DNA of 62,872 nucleotides, the filler included. It is 15 parts of 15 records of this genome, joined end to end, with 100 filler letters (N's around TTAATTAATTAA, not from the genome) between each part and the next. Parts side by side here need not be neighbours in the genome. Positions count along the whole stretch, not along the records: positions 56,762 to 62,872 come from SRR7504441_21839; 14 more parts are not named here. One strand, written 5' to 3'. The stretch's first letter is position 1, and every line of letters starts with the position of its first letter. A program made the translations under genes and the position numbers. The notes under the pieces are model-generated. The model searched no databases. It saw only the letters and a program-made list of their open reading frames with translations, and was not told where the DNA came from. Positions 62,412 to 62,872 of the stretch are shown here, piece after piece.

Positions 62412-62872
62412 TCGATTTACTAGGTACAGCCATGCTCTGATCATTAATTACTTGACTGCAGCTGAAGCTTTCAGTTTCGTGCCATCATGCATGCTACGTA
62501 GTGCTATCAATGCCTACAATCATGACAATCATTGTAATGACATTGTACGTAGTAGTTAGCAGCGCCTGCTCTGCAAACTGAGAGGGGGGCTTCAGTTGGC
62601 GATTGAGGCTCTAGTTAGATCTTTCGGGTCGGTCGGGAGTTTTTAGGGAGTTTTGTGCCTACAAAACACTTGGAGGGGTAGACATTGGTGTAAAGAACAA
62701 CTTAGATCCATTACACTAACTTAATAATTAATCTTCAAACAAATTGTCGTAACAAGATGAAACGTTACGACGTAAACTTTTTCAGGTTGCACTATACTCG
62801 TAGTTCTAATGACGCTGTGTAACGCTGTGCACTACCTAGTCCTATCGGTACGTCTGTCCGACTCACGATGGT

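Noticed and set aside
62641-62648. TTTTAGGG telomere-like unit
   Set aside because: Single copy, no tandem array.

Overview
This window is eukaryotic, not prokaryotic. It consists of 15 short contigs (about 3-8 kb) joined by artificial 100-nt linkers (N44-TTAATTAATTAA-N44), so adjacency across a linker means nothing. The source is a GC-rich, gene-dense flagellated protist using the standard code. It has a SAC9-type phosphatase, CCDC103 and outer-arm dynein alpha-chain fragments, so it is probably a non-opisthokont; I cannot fix the lineage. The many short ORFs in the track are exons split by about 33-50-nt spliceosomal mini-introns, which I spliced by hand into about 33 genes. Best leads: (1) an uninterrupted ankyrin-Rmt2 + PRMT7 arginine-methyltransferase fusion; (2) an apparently circularly permuted secreted GH32; (3) an unusual splicing signature (many weak GC donors, G-rich 3' ends, some GAG/AAG acceptors); (4) back-to-back inverted N- and C-terminal fragments of dynein alpha heavy chain; (5) a CAP with a duplicated helical domain; (6) a membrane-anchored pseudo-FAH; (7) a recurring YAACGG motif in very short, often bidirectional promoters. 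All homology calls come from motif recognition and memory; no searches were run.
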